A DNA stretch of 64,000 nucleotides from Candidatus Kapaibacterium sp. (GTDB lineage Bacteria; Bacteroidota; Ignavibacteria; Kapaibacteriales; Kapaibacteriaceae): contig JAURGP010000003.1 in the NCBI GenBank assembly GCA_030833725.1, positions 708-64,707 on the forward strand, in the 5' to 3' direction. Positions 32,101 to 42,274 of this stretch are shown piece after piece (position 1 is the stretch's first letter; the number at the start of each line of letters is the position of its first letter). Under the pieces are notes generated by a model that saw only the letters and a program-made list of their open reading frames with translations, was not told the DNA's origin and made no database searches. The position numbers and the translations under genes were made by a program.

Positions 32101-34131
32101 TTACCCGACGACGTGCTCACGCACAATCTCGGAGATATCGCGTACTTGCACGGAGTCTACCTTATCGGCGCCCTTGACCCCGTCGGTAATCATCGTCGTA
32201 CAGAATGGGCAGTTCACGGCAATTGTCTCAGCACCCGTAGCGAGTAGTTCCTCGGTGCGCACAACATTCACGCGGTCGCCCACGACTTCCTCCATGAACA
32301 TCCTGCCGCCACCGGCGCCGCAACAGAGACCTCTGTCCTTGCTCCGCTGCGGTTCGATGATCGTGAGTCCCGGAATGCTCTCGATGGTCGCGCGTGGAGC
32401 TTCGTACTCATCGTTGTACCGCCCCAGATAACAGGAGTCGTGGTACGTAACTGCTGCTGATGACGCCTTCTCGCGATTGATCTGCAGCCTGCCAGAGTCG
32501 ATCAACTCCTTGATGAACTGCGTATGGTGCACCACGTCGGCCGTGTACCCAAACTCTGGATACTCGTTGGCTAGGGTATTGAAACAGTGCGGGCACGTGG
32601 TAACGATCTTGGTCACACCGTAGCGGTTGAAGGTTTCGATGTTGGTTTTCGTGAGTGTGTCGGCCAGGTACTCGTTGCCCGTGCGGCGGGCTACATCGCC
32701 CGTACAGTTTTCTTCGGTGCCAAGAATGCGGAACTCTACGCCGGCGATCTGCATCAGCTCGGCGAAGGCGCGTGAGATCTTCTTGGCGCGGTCGTCGTAC
32801 GATCCAGCACAGCCCACCCAGAACAGGACGTCCATGGTCGCGTCCTCAGCGGCTGTTTTGATACCTAACCCCTCGGCCCACTGGGCGCGATCAGCCTGGG
32901 CAAAACCACCCCACGGCACGGCATTGGTTTCCATGTTGCCATAGATGTCGGGCAGGAGAGCCGACTCCTCATTGAAGGCCGACTCCATCATCACCATGCT
33001 GCGGCGCATCCCAACGATGGCCGGTACATGCTCGATGTTCACCGGACACTCCTGCATACAGGCACCGCACGTGGTACAGGCCCACAGAGCGTCGGGGGAA
33101 ACGTAGTCACCAATGAGTTTCTTGTCCCACACGGCCTGTTCCTGCTCCGTAAGCTCCAGACCCGCATTCTTCTTCTCGATCAACGGAGCCTTGTCCATGG
33201 TGCGGTCGTGAATGGCAACGATCACACCACGGGGATCGAGGACCTTCCCGGTCTGATTGGCCGGACACACGCTGGTACAGCGCCCACAGTGCGTGCACGT
33301 GTAGCCATCAAGCAGTGTTTTCCACGTGAAGTCCTCGATGTCTACCACACCGAACTTCTCCACGCCCTCGGCCTCAAAGTCGATGGGCTGCATGGCATTG
33401 GTGGGAGTAATCGGTCCAAGAAACACGTTGGGAATGGATGTAAGGACGTGCAAGTGCTTGGAGTACGGAAGGTAGTTCATGAAGGCGAGGATAAGCACGG
33501 CATGCAGCCACCAGGCTGTGTGAAACAGCATGGCTCCGGCATCTACTCCCACCACATTGGCAAGCCCCGTACCAACCGGACCAGAGAAGGGGCGCACGGC
33601 CCAAGAGAAATCAGCTCCCATGACTGGCTCTCTCAAACCATTCTGCACGAACAGCGAGGTTACGATCATGAAGATGGTGAGCAGGATCATCCCAGCTTCG
33701 ACCTTCTCGCCCTCAACCTGAAGACGCTTGACCTTCGTGACGTAGCGGCGCCAGAGAGACATCACCGTGCCCAGCATGATCAGCATGCAGAACACATCCG
33801 TCAAGACGGTAATCACGGAGTAGACCGGCCCCAGGAAGTTGAACGACCATCCTTCATGCAGGCCTTCGAGGACCATTTCGGCTGCAGAGAACAACAGGAT
33901 GAGGAAGCCCCAGAAGATCATCGCATGGATCGGACCCGCAGCTTTATCGCGCAGGATCTTGCTTTGACCGAAACCCACAACCAACGTGGTACGGATACGT
34001 TCGCCGAGGTGATCAAGGCGATTGGTGGGTTGTGCCATCTTCAGATAGCCAATCAATCGCCGAGCACTGGTAGCAAACACTCCAAGCGCTGTGAGAAAGA
34101 CTGCAACGAAGATGTAGTTCTGAAGCTCCAT
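32101..34131 (-). CDS. membrane-anchored (Fe-S)-binding oxidoreductase (HdrD/GlpC/DsrK-like with CCG domains)
   Basis: Trimmed to MELQNYIF (ATG 34129-34131). Multi-helix N-terminal membrane domain, ferredoxin motifs CTHCGRCTSVCP and CTTCGACMQECP, and two Cys-rich CCG-type regions (VGCAGSY, CCGAGGG). Confidence 0.8.
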   Translation of the reverse strand: MELQNYIFVAVFLTALGVFATSARRLIGYLKMAQPTNRLDHLGERIRTTLVVGFGQSKILRDKAAGPIHAMIFWGFLILLFSAAEMVLEGLHEGWSFNFLGPVYSVITVLTDVFCMLIMLGTVMSLWRRYVTKVKRLQVEGEKVEAGMILLTIFMIVTSLFVQNGLREPVMGADFSWAVRPFSGPVGTGLANVVGVDAGAMLFHTAWWLHAVLILAFMNYLPYSKHLHVLTSIPNVFLGPITPTNAMQPIDFEAEGVEKFGVVDIEDFTWKTLLDGYTCTHCGRCTSVCPANQTGKVLDPRGVIVAIHDRTMDKAPLIEKKNAGLELTEQEQAVWDKKLIGDYVSPDALWACTTCGACMQECPVNIEHVPAIVGMRRSMVMMESAFNEESALLPDIYGNMETNAVPWGGFAQADRAQWAEGLGIKTAAEDATMDVLFWVGCAGSYDDRAKKISRAFAELMQIAGVEFRILGTEENCTGDVARRTGNEYLADTLTKTNIETFNRYGVTKIVTTCPHCFNTLANEYPEFGYTADVVHHTQFIKELIDSGRLQINREKASSAAVTYHDSCYLGRYNDEYEAPRATIESIPGLTIIEPQRSKDRGLCCGAGGGRMFMEEVVGDRVNVVRTEELLATGAETIAVNCPFCTTMITDGVKGADKVDSVQVRDISEIVREHVVG

Positions 34132-34225
34132 GAAGACGTCCGATGTAAGATGATGACCAGAATCTCTTCTGCCCGGAAACACTGAAAAATACCAAACAGT
34201 GCCACAACCACTGCAGTGGATGCCC

Positions 34226-34233
34226 TAGCTTTG
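34226..34233 (+). promoter_or_regulatory. candidate -7 box TAGCTTTG for the CoA-transferase gene
   Basis: Exact TAnnTTTG, 34 nt upstream of the ATG at 34267. The 12-bp perfect palindrome CCACTGCAGTGG lies at 34208-34219, just upstream. Confidence 0.35.
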
Positions 34234-34266
34234 TGGTTTACTCTGCGACTCAATATTGGAGTATCG

Positions 34267-35544
34267 ATGAAACGGTCAGTGACTGCAGCAGAAGCGATCT
34301 CTGCCATCCAATCCGGACACCGGATCTATTTGCACAGCATCGCCGCAGTTCCACACGTCCTCATCACCGAGTTGATGCATCAGGCACATCGGCTACGCAA
34401 CGTCGAGATTGTGCACCTCCATACCGAGGGACCAGCCCCCTACGCCGAACCCGAGTTTGCCGAGAACTTCCATGTGAACTGCCTATTCATTGGCGGAAAC
34501 ATGCGACGGGCTGTCCAGGAGGGCAGAGCTGACTATACACCCGTGTTTCTCTCGGAGATTCCGGCACTGTTCTACAGCAACAAGCTGGACATCGACGTCG
34601 CATTGATCCAGGTTTCACCTCCAGACGCCCATGGCTACTGCTCTCTGGGCGTCACCGTCGAGGCAGCCCATGCAGCGCTGCACTCGGCCCAGATCGTGAT
34701 TGCTCAGGTGAACCCCAACATGCCCCGCACACACGGCGATGCCCTTGTACACCACGAGAAACTCACCTACATGGTCGAGGTGGACGTACCGCTACCCGAG
34801 GCCTCGAGGCCGGAGCTGACAGAGATCGAGGAATCGATCGGTCGGCACGTTACCGGTCTCGTGGAAGATGGTGCGACCCTGCAAATGGGCATTGGTGCCA
34901 TTCCCGATGCCGTGCTCACACAGCTGATGCACCACCGCGACTTGGGAGTGCACACCGAGATGTTCAGTGATGGACTGATCGACCTCATCGAAAAGGGTGT
35001 GGTAACAGGCGCGTACAAGAAGAAGCATCCGCTTAAGGTCGTCGCCACATTTGTGATGGGAACGAAGCGTGTGTATGACTTCATCCATGACAATCCGCTA
35101 ATAGCGATGCTGGACGTAGCCTACACCAACAACCCCACAGTAATTGCGCGCAACCCGAAGGTCACAGCAATCAACTCGGCCGTAGAGGTGGATATCACCG
35201 GTCAGATCAGTTCTGATTCCATTGGCACCCTGCCCTACTCCGGCGTAGGTGGCCAGGTAGACTTCATTCGGGGTGCTTCGCTCAGTGAAGGGGGGAAGCC
35301 CATCATCGCTCTGCCCTCGCGGACGTCGTCGGGGATCAGCCGCATCACCACGATGCTGAAGCCGGGAGCGGGTGTGGTTACCACACGTGCTCACGCACAT
35401 TGGATCGTGACGGAGTACGGCGTGGCCTACGTGCACGGAAAAACACTACGACAGCGGGCTGAATCGTTGATTGCCATTGCCCACCCCGATGACCGGGAGC
35501 GACTGGCACGGGAAACACGCGAACAATGGAAACTGCGAGTGTAA
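34267..35544 (+). CDS. acetyl-CoA hydrolase/transferase family protein (4-hydroxybutyrate/succinyl-CoA:acetate CoA-transferase-like)
   Basis: Trimmed to MKRSVTAAEAISAIQSG. 425 aa. Contains the ...SGVGGQVDF... motif of this family. Confidence 0.88.
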   Translation: MKRSVTAAEAISAIQSGHRIYLHSIAAVPHVLITELMHQAHRLRNVEIVHLHTEGPAPYAEPEFAENFHVNCLFIGGNMRRAVQEGRADYTPVFLSEIPALFYSNKLDIDVALIQVSPPDAHGYCSLGVTVEAAHAALHSAQIVIAQVNPNMPRTHGDALVHHEKLTYMVEVDVPLPEASRPELTEIEESIGRHVTGLVEDGATLQMGIGAIPDAVLTQLMHHRDLGVHTEMFSDGLIDLIEKGVVTGAYKKKHPLKVVATFVMGTKRVYDFIHDNPLIAMLDVAYTNNPTVIARNPKVTAINSAVEVDITGQISSDSIGTLPYSGVGGQVDFIRGASLSEGGKPIIALPSRTSSGISRITTMLKPGAGVVTTRAHAHWIVTEYGVAYVHGKTLRQRAESLIAIAHPDDRERLARETREQWKLRV

Positions 35545-35556
35545 CATGGGAGGATC

Positions 35557-36855
35557 ATGAAGCCTGGATCTCGACTCAAACGAATCAGTGCAGTGGTGAT
35601 TTCAGGTGCTCTCCTACTGGCACCGGAGACACGCTCGCAGGTACTCTCAGACGCTATCGTCACACGGGGCTCCGAGCTTGCAGGCAAAGAACACCTCGAC
35701 CTCTACGTGGCTGTCCCCTACCGCTCCGTCACTTTCCAGGAACTCGACGGCACGTATGCCGCCCAGTTTACGATTCAGGTGGTGATGCGCGATCTGCTTG
35801 GGCGCCGACTGGCCGATACCACGCTGACGCGGAACGCCGTGTGCTCCACGTATGCGGAATCGCAAGGGGCTTCCGGCACGGCCGACATCGCCATGGTGCG
35901 ATTTCCGCTACAGCCAACAACCGTGCGTTACGAACTGACCGTCCGTGATGCCTTCTCACGACAGTCGTATCAGATGGCAGATACCGTGGAGGTCCCAGAC
36001 TACTCCAACACACCGGAGTTGTCGTCCGTACTCTTTCTGACGGATGTGGAACAGCGTGGTACGCGATTCGCTGGCACACCGCTCGTAGGTGGAACGGCGT
36101 GGTCGGACCAACAACTCTTTGCCTTTTTTGAGTACTACGACGACCAACTTCCACAAACAACGGCCTTCCGCTGGTACATCGCCGATGCTGACGGACGGCG
36201 TCTTGGCAGCGGCATCTCCGTGGCCGAGCCGATCACGGAGCGGCGAAGTCAACACTTTGTAGCGTTGCGGTCGACCACGCAGCCGCTTACGCGGGCACGT
36301 CCAGGATCCTATCGCTTTGTGCTTGCAGCCCATCCCGTAGAGAACGGTGCTGCAGATACCACACGAGTGCTTGCTCGCCGAGAGCGACGCTACATCGTTC
36401 CTCGCTCGGCCGCGGCGTCGTCCGTGGCAGACCTGCCTAAGGCCATTCGCCAGCTGGTCTATGTTGCCGACGGCGACGTGATTGACGCTCTGCAGGCCAT
36501 TGATGATCCCCTGCGTCAGCAATCAGAGTTCGACGCCTTCTGGAAGCGGCTTGACCCTACTCCGGCGACGGCTACAAACGAAGCGTTCACGGAGTACTAC
36601 GCTCGCGTCTCGACAGCCAATGAGCGTTTTCGCTCCTATGCCGAAGGTTGGCAAACAGATATGGGCCGGGTGTACATTGTGTACGGTGAGCCCCTTACCA
36701 TTCAACAGTTCACGTCACAAGGCGGAATGGTGGTTGCTGTGCGGTGGACGTATCCGAACAACCAGGTCTTCACCTTCGAAGACCCGTCGGGATTCGGAGA
36801 TTACCGACTACGCTCCGGCTTCCCTCCGCGGGCACGCTACGAATACGGGCGCTAA
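35557..36855 (+). CDS. GWxTD domain-containing protein
   Basis: 432 aa, signal peptide, and the C-terminal motif GWQTDMGRVYIVYGEP. Confidence 0.8.
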   Translation: MKPGSRLKRISAVVISGALLLAPETRSQVLSDAIVTRGSELAGKEHLDLYVAVPYRSVTFQELDGTYAAQFTIQVVMRDLLGRRLADTTLTRNAVCSTYAESQGASGTADIAMVRFPLQPTTVRYELTVRDAFSRQSYQMADTVEVPDYSNTPELSSVLFLTDVEQRGTRFAGTPLVGGTAWSDQQLFAFFEYYDDQLPQTTAFRWYIADADGRRLGSGISVAEPITERRSQHFVALRSTTQPLTRARPGSYRFVLAAHPVENGAADTTRVLARRERRYIVPRSAAASSVADLPKAIRQLVYVADGDVIDALQAIDDPLRQQSEFDAFWKRLDPTPATATNEAFTEYYARVSTANERFRSYAEGWQTDMGRVYIVYGEPLTIQQFTSQGGMVVAVRWTYPNNQVFTFEDPSGFGDYRLRSGFPPRARYEYGR

Positions 36856-36871
36856 CGCAGAACATGAACGA

Positions 36872-36907
36872 GCAGCGGCTCCCCCCAACGAAGGAGGGAG
36901 CCGCTGC
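36872..36907. terminator. hairpin between convergent genes (possible bidirectional terminator)
   Basis: Perfect 12-bp stem gcagcggctccc (36872-36883) / gggagccgctgc (36896-36907). There is no clean U-tract on either side. Confidence 0.45.
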
Positions 36908-36930
36908 AAACAATCTGCTGTTGAGACGGC

Positions 36931-39390
36931 TTAGCGCGTAACAACAACCGTCAGAACTGCCGACTCTGTGCCTGTTGTAGCAACGATCGAATACGTGCCA
37001 CTCACAAGCTCGGAAGCCGTCAACTCAATCATCTCAGCCCCACTTGGCGTGCCATTGAACAGAGTTCCGACAGCACGTCCCGAAGCATCGATCAGCGTAA
37101 CCGTTGTTGACTGCGTACCACGCAGTTCGATAGCCGTGCGGTCAACCACTGGGTTTTGACCTACAAGGCGCAGAGCAACGGCACCGGTCTCGCTGGCAAC
37201 CTCAGTTTCAACACTGGTCACCACCGATACACCACGCAGAGCAACGGTCTTCGTGCCGGCATTCGAGGCAATCTCGACTGCAGCCGTGTGCGAAGCCGCA
37301 CGGGTTGGCATGAACTCGATCGAGATCTGATGCGTAGCGTTTGGAGCAACCTTGATGGTTTGACCAGCTACCGGACGACCACTGGCGATATCGAAGTAGG
37401 CAGCATCAGCGCCACCACCCAGCTCAACACCCGTGATTTCAAGTTCGGCCTTGCCCGTATTCGTTACCGTGATCGATAGCGTCTTGGTAGCGCCTACGTC
37501 AACCGTACCAAAGTTCAGGTCGTTGGTATTGGTGGAAATCTCTGGCGTATCGCCGCCACCGTCGCCCAAGAGCCAGTCAAGCGACTTCTGAGCATACTGC
37601 GTGCGAAGCGCTTCACTTGAAATCGCTTCCATACCCAGCGAACCATAGATGATCTTGCCACCCGTGGACGTTTGAGCACGCACCACGCCGATGTTACCAG
37701 CTGTGTTGTCGTAGTAGATGGACGACGACGATGGCGAGCCGTTGGTCAAACGGATCACGTCCGTACCTACGGCATAGAATGGCCATGCCTGCGAGTACTG
37801 GTTAGCTGTAAGAGACATACCGTCACCAATAGGATCACCATTGGTACCCTTCACCTGGAAGGTGTTGACAGCCGTGATCTGGCCGTTCGAGTTGGTAGTC
37901 ACACGGAATGGGAACGAACCCAGTTCGATACCCAGAACGTTGCGGTAGAAGGCACGGCTGGCATCGAAGGCAGCGTTGGTAGCATACTGGTTGAAGGCTG
38001 CATACATGTTCGCCTGACCCAACACCCATACGCCCTTGCCTGCCGTCAGCATGGCTTGTACGTCCGTGAGCACCGAGCCACGGAAGTTCGTCCAGGAGTC
38101 GGTGAAGGCAATCACGGCAGCATCAAAGTCACCCATAGGGTAGGCCGTGAGGAACTGCGTGGCATACGGCATGTAGACCACATCCTTGCCATACGTGGAA
38201 TTGATGTTTGCGACCGCCGTTACCGCCGACATGTTAGCATCACCCACGCCGTAGTAGTTCGCTACGCGACCACCGTTGACAAGGTAGTATACCGTAGGAA
38301 CCGAGGCTCCCAAGCCGTCCGACGATGCCATCGAGGCCTCGATAGCGGTGAGAACCGAGCGATCGGCAGCACCCGTTACCTCAAGAGAGGTGGTGAGAGT
38401 TTGACCAGCTGGGACAGTAATCGTGGACGGTGTGATGGTAGCAGCCATGCCGGAGTTCTCGATAGCTTCGAGGTTGGTGATGGCCAAGTCCACCGTGACA
38501 GCGTCCGTACCAGTGTTGTTCAGGGTGATCTCCTGGGTTGCCTTGGCACCACGGTCTACGCGCTGGTAGATGTCGTTGATCGATGCCACAACGCTGCTGC
38601 CCTTCAGGTAGCTAAAGGCCGCTGGATCGTTCTTCACGCCAGTGAAACCTGCCTGCATGATTTCTTTCGTGCCATTGTCTTGCACGAAGGCGATGGCATA
38701 CACATCACCGTCCCATACCTTGCCCGAGCCAATAGCTGGCTTGAACGTGAACGTGCGCGTCTCACCAGCACCCATCGACACTGGCGTACCGCCGGCGTCT
38801 GGGTAGCTGAACATGTAGATGTACTTGAATTCCTTTTCACCGTTGTGATTCGGAACCACAATGTCGGGCCAGCTCACATCGTGGACCATCGTCATGAACT
38901 GCAGTGTCGCATTGGAAAATGCGCGATCTGCCGTTACCGTTACTTCAACCTCTCCACCCTTCTGCTCAACGTTGATGTCGAGGAAGGACGTTGGAGGCAT
39001 CGAGTTGAAGGTGCTCTGCAGTGCCGAGCGGCCACCAGCACTTGGGTGCGGATTCTGAGCCGACGTTCCACCCATAATCGATGATGGCGCCGAGTTGATG
39101 GTGTAATACTGCATGCGCTGGCGGACCTGCGCTGTATTCATTTCGTACCAGGGGTCGCCAGCTACGGGAATTGGGACGTGAATCTTGATCACCAACTGGC
39201 GCTTGGACAAGTCAGCAACGGCGTTGACTTCCGGTGTAGCAGCAGCACACGGTGGACAGGTGGCGCTCGTAAACTCTTCCATGACCTTCCAACGCGGATA
39301 CTTTCCGGTGGTCTGAGCTTGGGCTCCAACCACGAGGATCATGGCTAGCACACCAAACAGCGTGGTGCGCACGATGGATCGACTGTGCAT
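36931..39390 (-). CDS. T9SS-sorted multidomain surface protein (Omp28-related CxxC N-domain, choice-of-anchor-D-like domain, C-terminal sorting domain)
   Basis: 819 aa. Signal peptide, EEFTSATCPPC, DLNFGTVDVGATKTLSITVTNTG, and a C-terminus ending ...SGTYSIVATTGTESAVLTVVVTR. Confidence 0.7.
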   Translation of the reverse strand: MHSRSIVRTTLFGVLAMILVVGAQAQTTGKYPRWKVMEEFTSATCPPCAAATPEVNAVADLSKRQLVIKIHVPIPVAGDPWYEMNTAQVRQRMQYYTINSAPSSIMGGTSAQNPHPSAGGRSALQSTFNSMPPTSFLDINVEQKGGEVEVTVTADRAFSNATLQFMTMVHDVSWPDIVVPNHNGEKEFKYIYMFSYPDAGGTPVSMGAGETRTFTFKPAIGSGKVWDGDVYAIAFVQDNGTKEIMQAGFTGVKNDPAAFSYLKGSSVVASINDIYQRVDRGAKATQEITLNNTGTDAVTVDLAITNLEAIENSGMAATITPSTITVPAGQTLTTSLEVTGAADRSVLTAIEASMASSDGLGASVPTVYYLVNGGRVANYYGVGDANMSAVTAVANINSTYGKDVVYMPYATQFLTAYPMGDFDAAVIAFTDSWTNFRGSVLTDVQAMLTAGKGVWVLGQANMYAAFNQYATNAAFDASRAFYRNVLGIELGSFPFRVTTNSNGQITAVNTFQVKGTNGDPIGDGMSLTANQYSQAWPFYAVGTDVIRLTNGSPSSSSIYYDNTAGNIGVVRAQTSTGGKIIYGSLGMEAISSEALRTQYAQKSLDWLLGDGGGDTPEISTNTNDLNFGTVDVGATKTLSITVTNTGKAELEITGVELGGGADAAYFDIASGRPVAGQTIKVAPNATHQISIEFMPTRAASHTAAVEIASNAGTKTVALRGVSVVTSVETEVASETGAVALRLVGQNPVVDRTAIELRGTQSTTVTLIDASGRAVGTLFNGTPSGAEMIELTASELVSGTYSIVATTGTESAVLTVVVTR

Positions 39391-39533
39391 GAACGGTACT
39401 CCTAAGTGTAACAGGATAAAAGTTGTTGTTCAACAGCCAGGTAACACTACTGTTACGGACCATAAATATAGATGATTGTCAACTTGATTCCACACTTTTC
39501 CCGTCTCTGGGACGCGATGCGCGCGATTTTCTG

Positions 39534-41363
39534 CTACTTTTTTCCTCGTGAGGAGCCCCTGCCGTTTCGCTGTTGCGGACGACCTGGAACTGCTCTGCCT
39601 TGGGACTCGGCCAACTGCTGGGCTTCACGCATTCGCTTCTGCAACCACCCTTCCTTCTTGGGTTGCGCCTTCAAATCCGCCAGCGTGAGTTGGCTCTTGC
39701 TGAACTTCGTCATCCACAGCTGCTGACCGATTCCCACCAGGTTAAAGATGAAGTAGTACAGGTTTAGGCCCGCTGGAAGCGTGGAGAACATGAGGGTGAG
39801 AAGAACAGGCATCATGTACACCAGACCCTTCTGCTTCGGGTCGGTAATCATCTGCTTCTGCTGAATGAAGAGCGTGGCACCCATTAGGAGGGCCAAACCA
39901 GAGAACTTGTCAATGCCGAACAACGGTATCTTGAAGCCAAGGTCGAGCACCACATCTGGAACTGAAAGGTCGGTGATCCACACCGGCAGGAACGCCGACT
40001 GGCGCAGCTCGATGTTCATGTTCAGGACCGAGTAGAGCGCATAGAGAAACGGCATCTGAAGCAACAACGGAAGGCAGCCGCCGGCAGGATTGATGCCGTA
40101 TTCACTGTAAAGACGCATGGTTTCCTGCTGTTGTCGCTTCATGTCGTCCTTATACTTCTCGCGGACGTCGTTCAACAGTGGTGCCACCAGACGCATCTTC
40201 TGGGCCGACTTCATTTGCGGTACGCTCAACGGATAGAGTAGCACCTTAAGCAGGAGTGCAAACAGAATGATCGACACACCCCAGTTGGGGATGAACTTCT
40301 GAATGAATTTCATGGTTGGCAGCATGAAGAATTCGCCGATCGGCTTCACGATCCACTTGAAGCCGAAGTTCATCATCTCTGTCAGTCCGTAGTGCCCCAA
40401 CGTGTCGTACTGCATCGGCCCTGCGAAGAGTGTCATCTCATGTGTCTGGCGCCCACCCCGATAGGGCAGGCGGTACAGGAGCGAGTAGGTCTCTTTGATA
40501 CCTTCGTCCGGGAGTGGCGTACGAACGCCATTGTACTGAGCCATACCATCAAAACCGGCCTCTGGAATCATGGCCACGGCAAAGTACTTGATACGCGAAC
40601 CCACGAACTGAATGTTACCGTTGGCCTTTTCCGACACGGGCTGATTCATTTCATCGGCGTCAAGCTCGTGAATCTCCCCGCCGTACGACGCTATCGCAGC
40701 GGCATTGTCGGATTCCGCCACAGAATTCAATTCCTGGTAGCGAATACCATGGGCCCACTCCAGCTGGATAAACCGGTTGGTAGCCGGTATCTCGTCTTCC
40801 ATTCCGTCCAGCGTGATCGAGGTCCCAACTGCATACTGCGTCCCATGGAACGTATACGTGCGCTCAATCACGCCACCAGAGTCGGTTACAGCTCGCCCGA
40901 CAACCACTACGCTATCCGAGCCCCCTACCGTCAGATTCGATGACGGCACCAACCACGTAAAGGGTACGTCCTCGGCCGAAACCTTCGAACCATTTGTGGA
41001 GCGGAAGGAGAAGCCGTACTCGTGTACGTCTCGCTCAACTAGGTCAACGAGGGCATCCGGAAACTCCTCCTTACACCAAGGCTGATACTTGCGGAGGATG
41101 TAAGAGGTAATCGTTGCGCCCTTCGAACTGAGCTGCACCTGGATGTTGTCGGTGGTTACCGTTATGGTGCGTTCTGGTGCCGGCTGGAATCCTACAGCTG
41201 GAGCTGTCGGCGCTGTGGTGCTGGACGTCGAGTCCACACGCTCCTTCTTCTGAGCCGACTGCTGTGGCGTAACGTCGCGAACGGACGTCGTGCTCTGGAA
41301 AAAGATCCACACACTCACAACGAGTGCGATCAAGGTAATGCCAATGAGGGAGCTACGATCCAT
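39534..41363 (-). CDS. yidC: membrane protein insertase YidC
   Basis: ORF trimmed to MDRSSLIGITLIALVV (ATG 41361-41363). Large periplasmic P1 domain, then the conserved C-terminal transmembrane core. Confidence 0.93.
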   Translation of the reverse strand: MDRSSLIGITLIALVVSVWIFFQSTTSVRDVTPQQSAQKKERVDSTSSTTAPTAPAVGFQPAPERTITVTTDNIQVQLSSKGATITSYILRKYQPWCKEEFPDALVDLVERDVHEYGFSFRSTNGSKVSAEDVPFTWLVPSSNLTVGGSDSVVVVGRAVTDSGGVIERTYTFHGTQYAVGTSITLDGMEDEIPATNRFIQLEWAHGIRYQELNSVAESDNAAAIASYGGEIHELDADEMNQPVSEKANGNIQFVGSRIKYFAVAMIPEAGFDGMAQYNGVRTPLPDEGIKETYSLLYRLPYRGGRQTHEMTLFAGPMQYDTLGHYGLTEMMNFGFKWIVKPIGEFFMLPTMKFIQKFIPNWGVSIILFALLLKVLLYPLSVPQMKSAQKMRLVAPLLNDVREKYKDDMKRQQQETMRLYSEYGINPAGGCLPLLLQMPFLYALYSVLNMNIELRQSAFLPVWITDLSVPDVVLDLGFKIPLFGIDKFSGLALLMGATLFIQQKQMITDPKQKGLVYMMPVLLTLMFSTLPAGLNLYYFIFNLVGIGQQLWMTKFSKSQLTLADLKAQPKKEGWLQKRMREAQQLAESQGRAVPGRPQQRNGRGSSRGKK

Positions 41364-41376
41364 GAGTGCGGTGTAT

Positions 41377-41628
41377 CTAGTGTGGGGTCTCGTGATGTTC
41401 AGACTGGACGGGAACGGGGTCGTATCCCCCCGGATGGAAGGGATGACATTTTGCAATGCGCTTCATCCCCAGCAGCACGCCCCGAAAGGCACCGTGGTGG
41501 TGCACCGCCTCGAGGGTGTACTGTGAGCATGTCGGTTGGAACCTGCAGGAAGCAGGAAACAGCGGTGAGAGGAGCACCTGGTAGCCACGTATGATGCGCG
41601 ACACGACCCACCGAGCTATTGCCGTCAT
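41377..41628 (-). CDS. yidD: membrane protein insertion efficiency factor YidD
   Basis: Start MTAIARWVV at ATG 41626-41628, overlapping the rnpA stop (ATGA). Conserved YQ.LLSP....CRF.PTCS.Y motif. Confidence 0.88.
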   Translation of the reverse strand: MTAIARWVVSRIIRGYQVLLSPLFPASCRFQPTCSQYTLEAVHHHGAFRGVLLGMKRIAKCHPFHPGGYDPVPVQSEHHETPH

Positions 41629-42014
41629 GACGGCAGTGCGTGTTGGTGGAACGCCTTGCGCAGTGCCGCGTCCAGATGACGTTGTACGTGCGCTTGTCGC
41701 AGAAGGGCTGGATGGGAGGGGGCTGAACGCCAGAGACACACCATGGTATCGATCTTCCGTGCTCGTAGTTCCTCCTCATGGACATGGACGGCTACTGCCG
41801 CGGCGTGTCGGAGCAACCGGCGGACGCGGCTGCGAACCACAGCCCGCTTCGCCGTTCGTTTGCCGATGGTTACGCCTAGCGCCATCTCGGTAACAGGATC
41901 ATCCGAGTTCTGCTGCAGCAGAACAATCGTCAGCGGACCAGACTGGGACCGACGTCCACGCCGCAGGGCAGCGTCGAAGGCGCGAAAGCCCTTGAGCGGC
42001 CGCACAACGATCAT
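41625..42014 (-). CDS. rnpA: ribonuclease P protein component
   Basis: 129 aa and basic. Sits in the canonical position between rpmH and yidD. Confidence 0.85.
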   Translation of the reverse strand: MIVVRPLKGFRAFDAALRRGRRSQSGPLTIVLLQQNSDDPVTEMALGVTIGKRTAKRAVVRSRVRRLLRHAAAVAVHVHEEELRARKIDTMVCLWRSAPSHPALLRQAHVQRHLDAALRKAFHQHALPS

Positions 42015-42023
42015 GGCACGTGA

Positions 42024-42170
42024 CTATCGAGCTGTCCCTACTGCCAGACGATGACGTCCTTTGGCGCGGCGACGGTTAAGCACACGGCGGCCATTCTTCG
42101 TAGCCATACGTGCACGGAAGCCGTGCGTGCGAACGCGGCGGCGGCGACTTGGTTGATACGTGCGTTTCAT
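42024..42170 (-). CDS. rpmH: 50S ribosomal protein L34
   Basis: Not in the ORF track (48 aa). The reverse strand reads [48 protein letters not shown]. Confidence 0.95.
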   Translation of the reverse strand: MKRTYQPSRRRRVRTHGFRARMATKNGRRVLNRRRAKGRHRLAVGTAR

Positions 42171-42211
42171 GTTCCTAGAACCTCAGAATACGTCGATTAT
42201 CTATCTACGGT

Positions 42212-42258
42212 ACAAACGAATCACAAAGATAGGAAGATCCACGGGAATCCTCCTATCT
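42212..42258 (-). terminator. intrinsic terminator after the DUF3467 gene, overlapping the rpmH promoter box
   Basis: 14-bp stem 42227-42240/42245-42258. Its two non-Watson-Crick positions are G-U wobbles only in the minus-strand transcript. Followed by TTGTGATTCGTTTGT. Confidence 0.6.
42224..42231 (-). promoter_or_regulatory. candidate -7 box TATCTTTG for rpmH-rnpA-yidD-yidC
   Basis: Exact TAnnTTTG on the minus strand, 54 nt upstream of the rpmH ATG. Confidence 0.4.
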
Positions 42259-42274
42259 CATCATTCGCAAGTGG

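Noticed and set aside
33028-34185. A 385-aa plus-strand ORF antisense to the Fe-S oxidoreductase. The track contains similar long antisense or off-frame ORFs at 37672-39084, 9108-9911, 61398-62321, 55183-56001, 53535-54344, 44994-45773, 30126-30839 and 15856-16461.
   Set aside because: All of them lie fully inside genes with strong family signatures on the other strand or frame. They have Arg/Gly/His-rich low-information composition typical of GC-rich shadow frames, and they lack signal or domain motifs.
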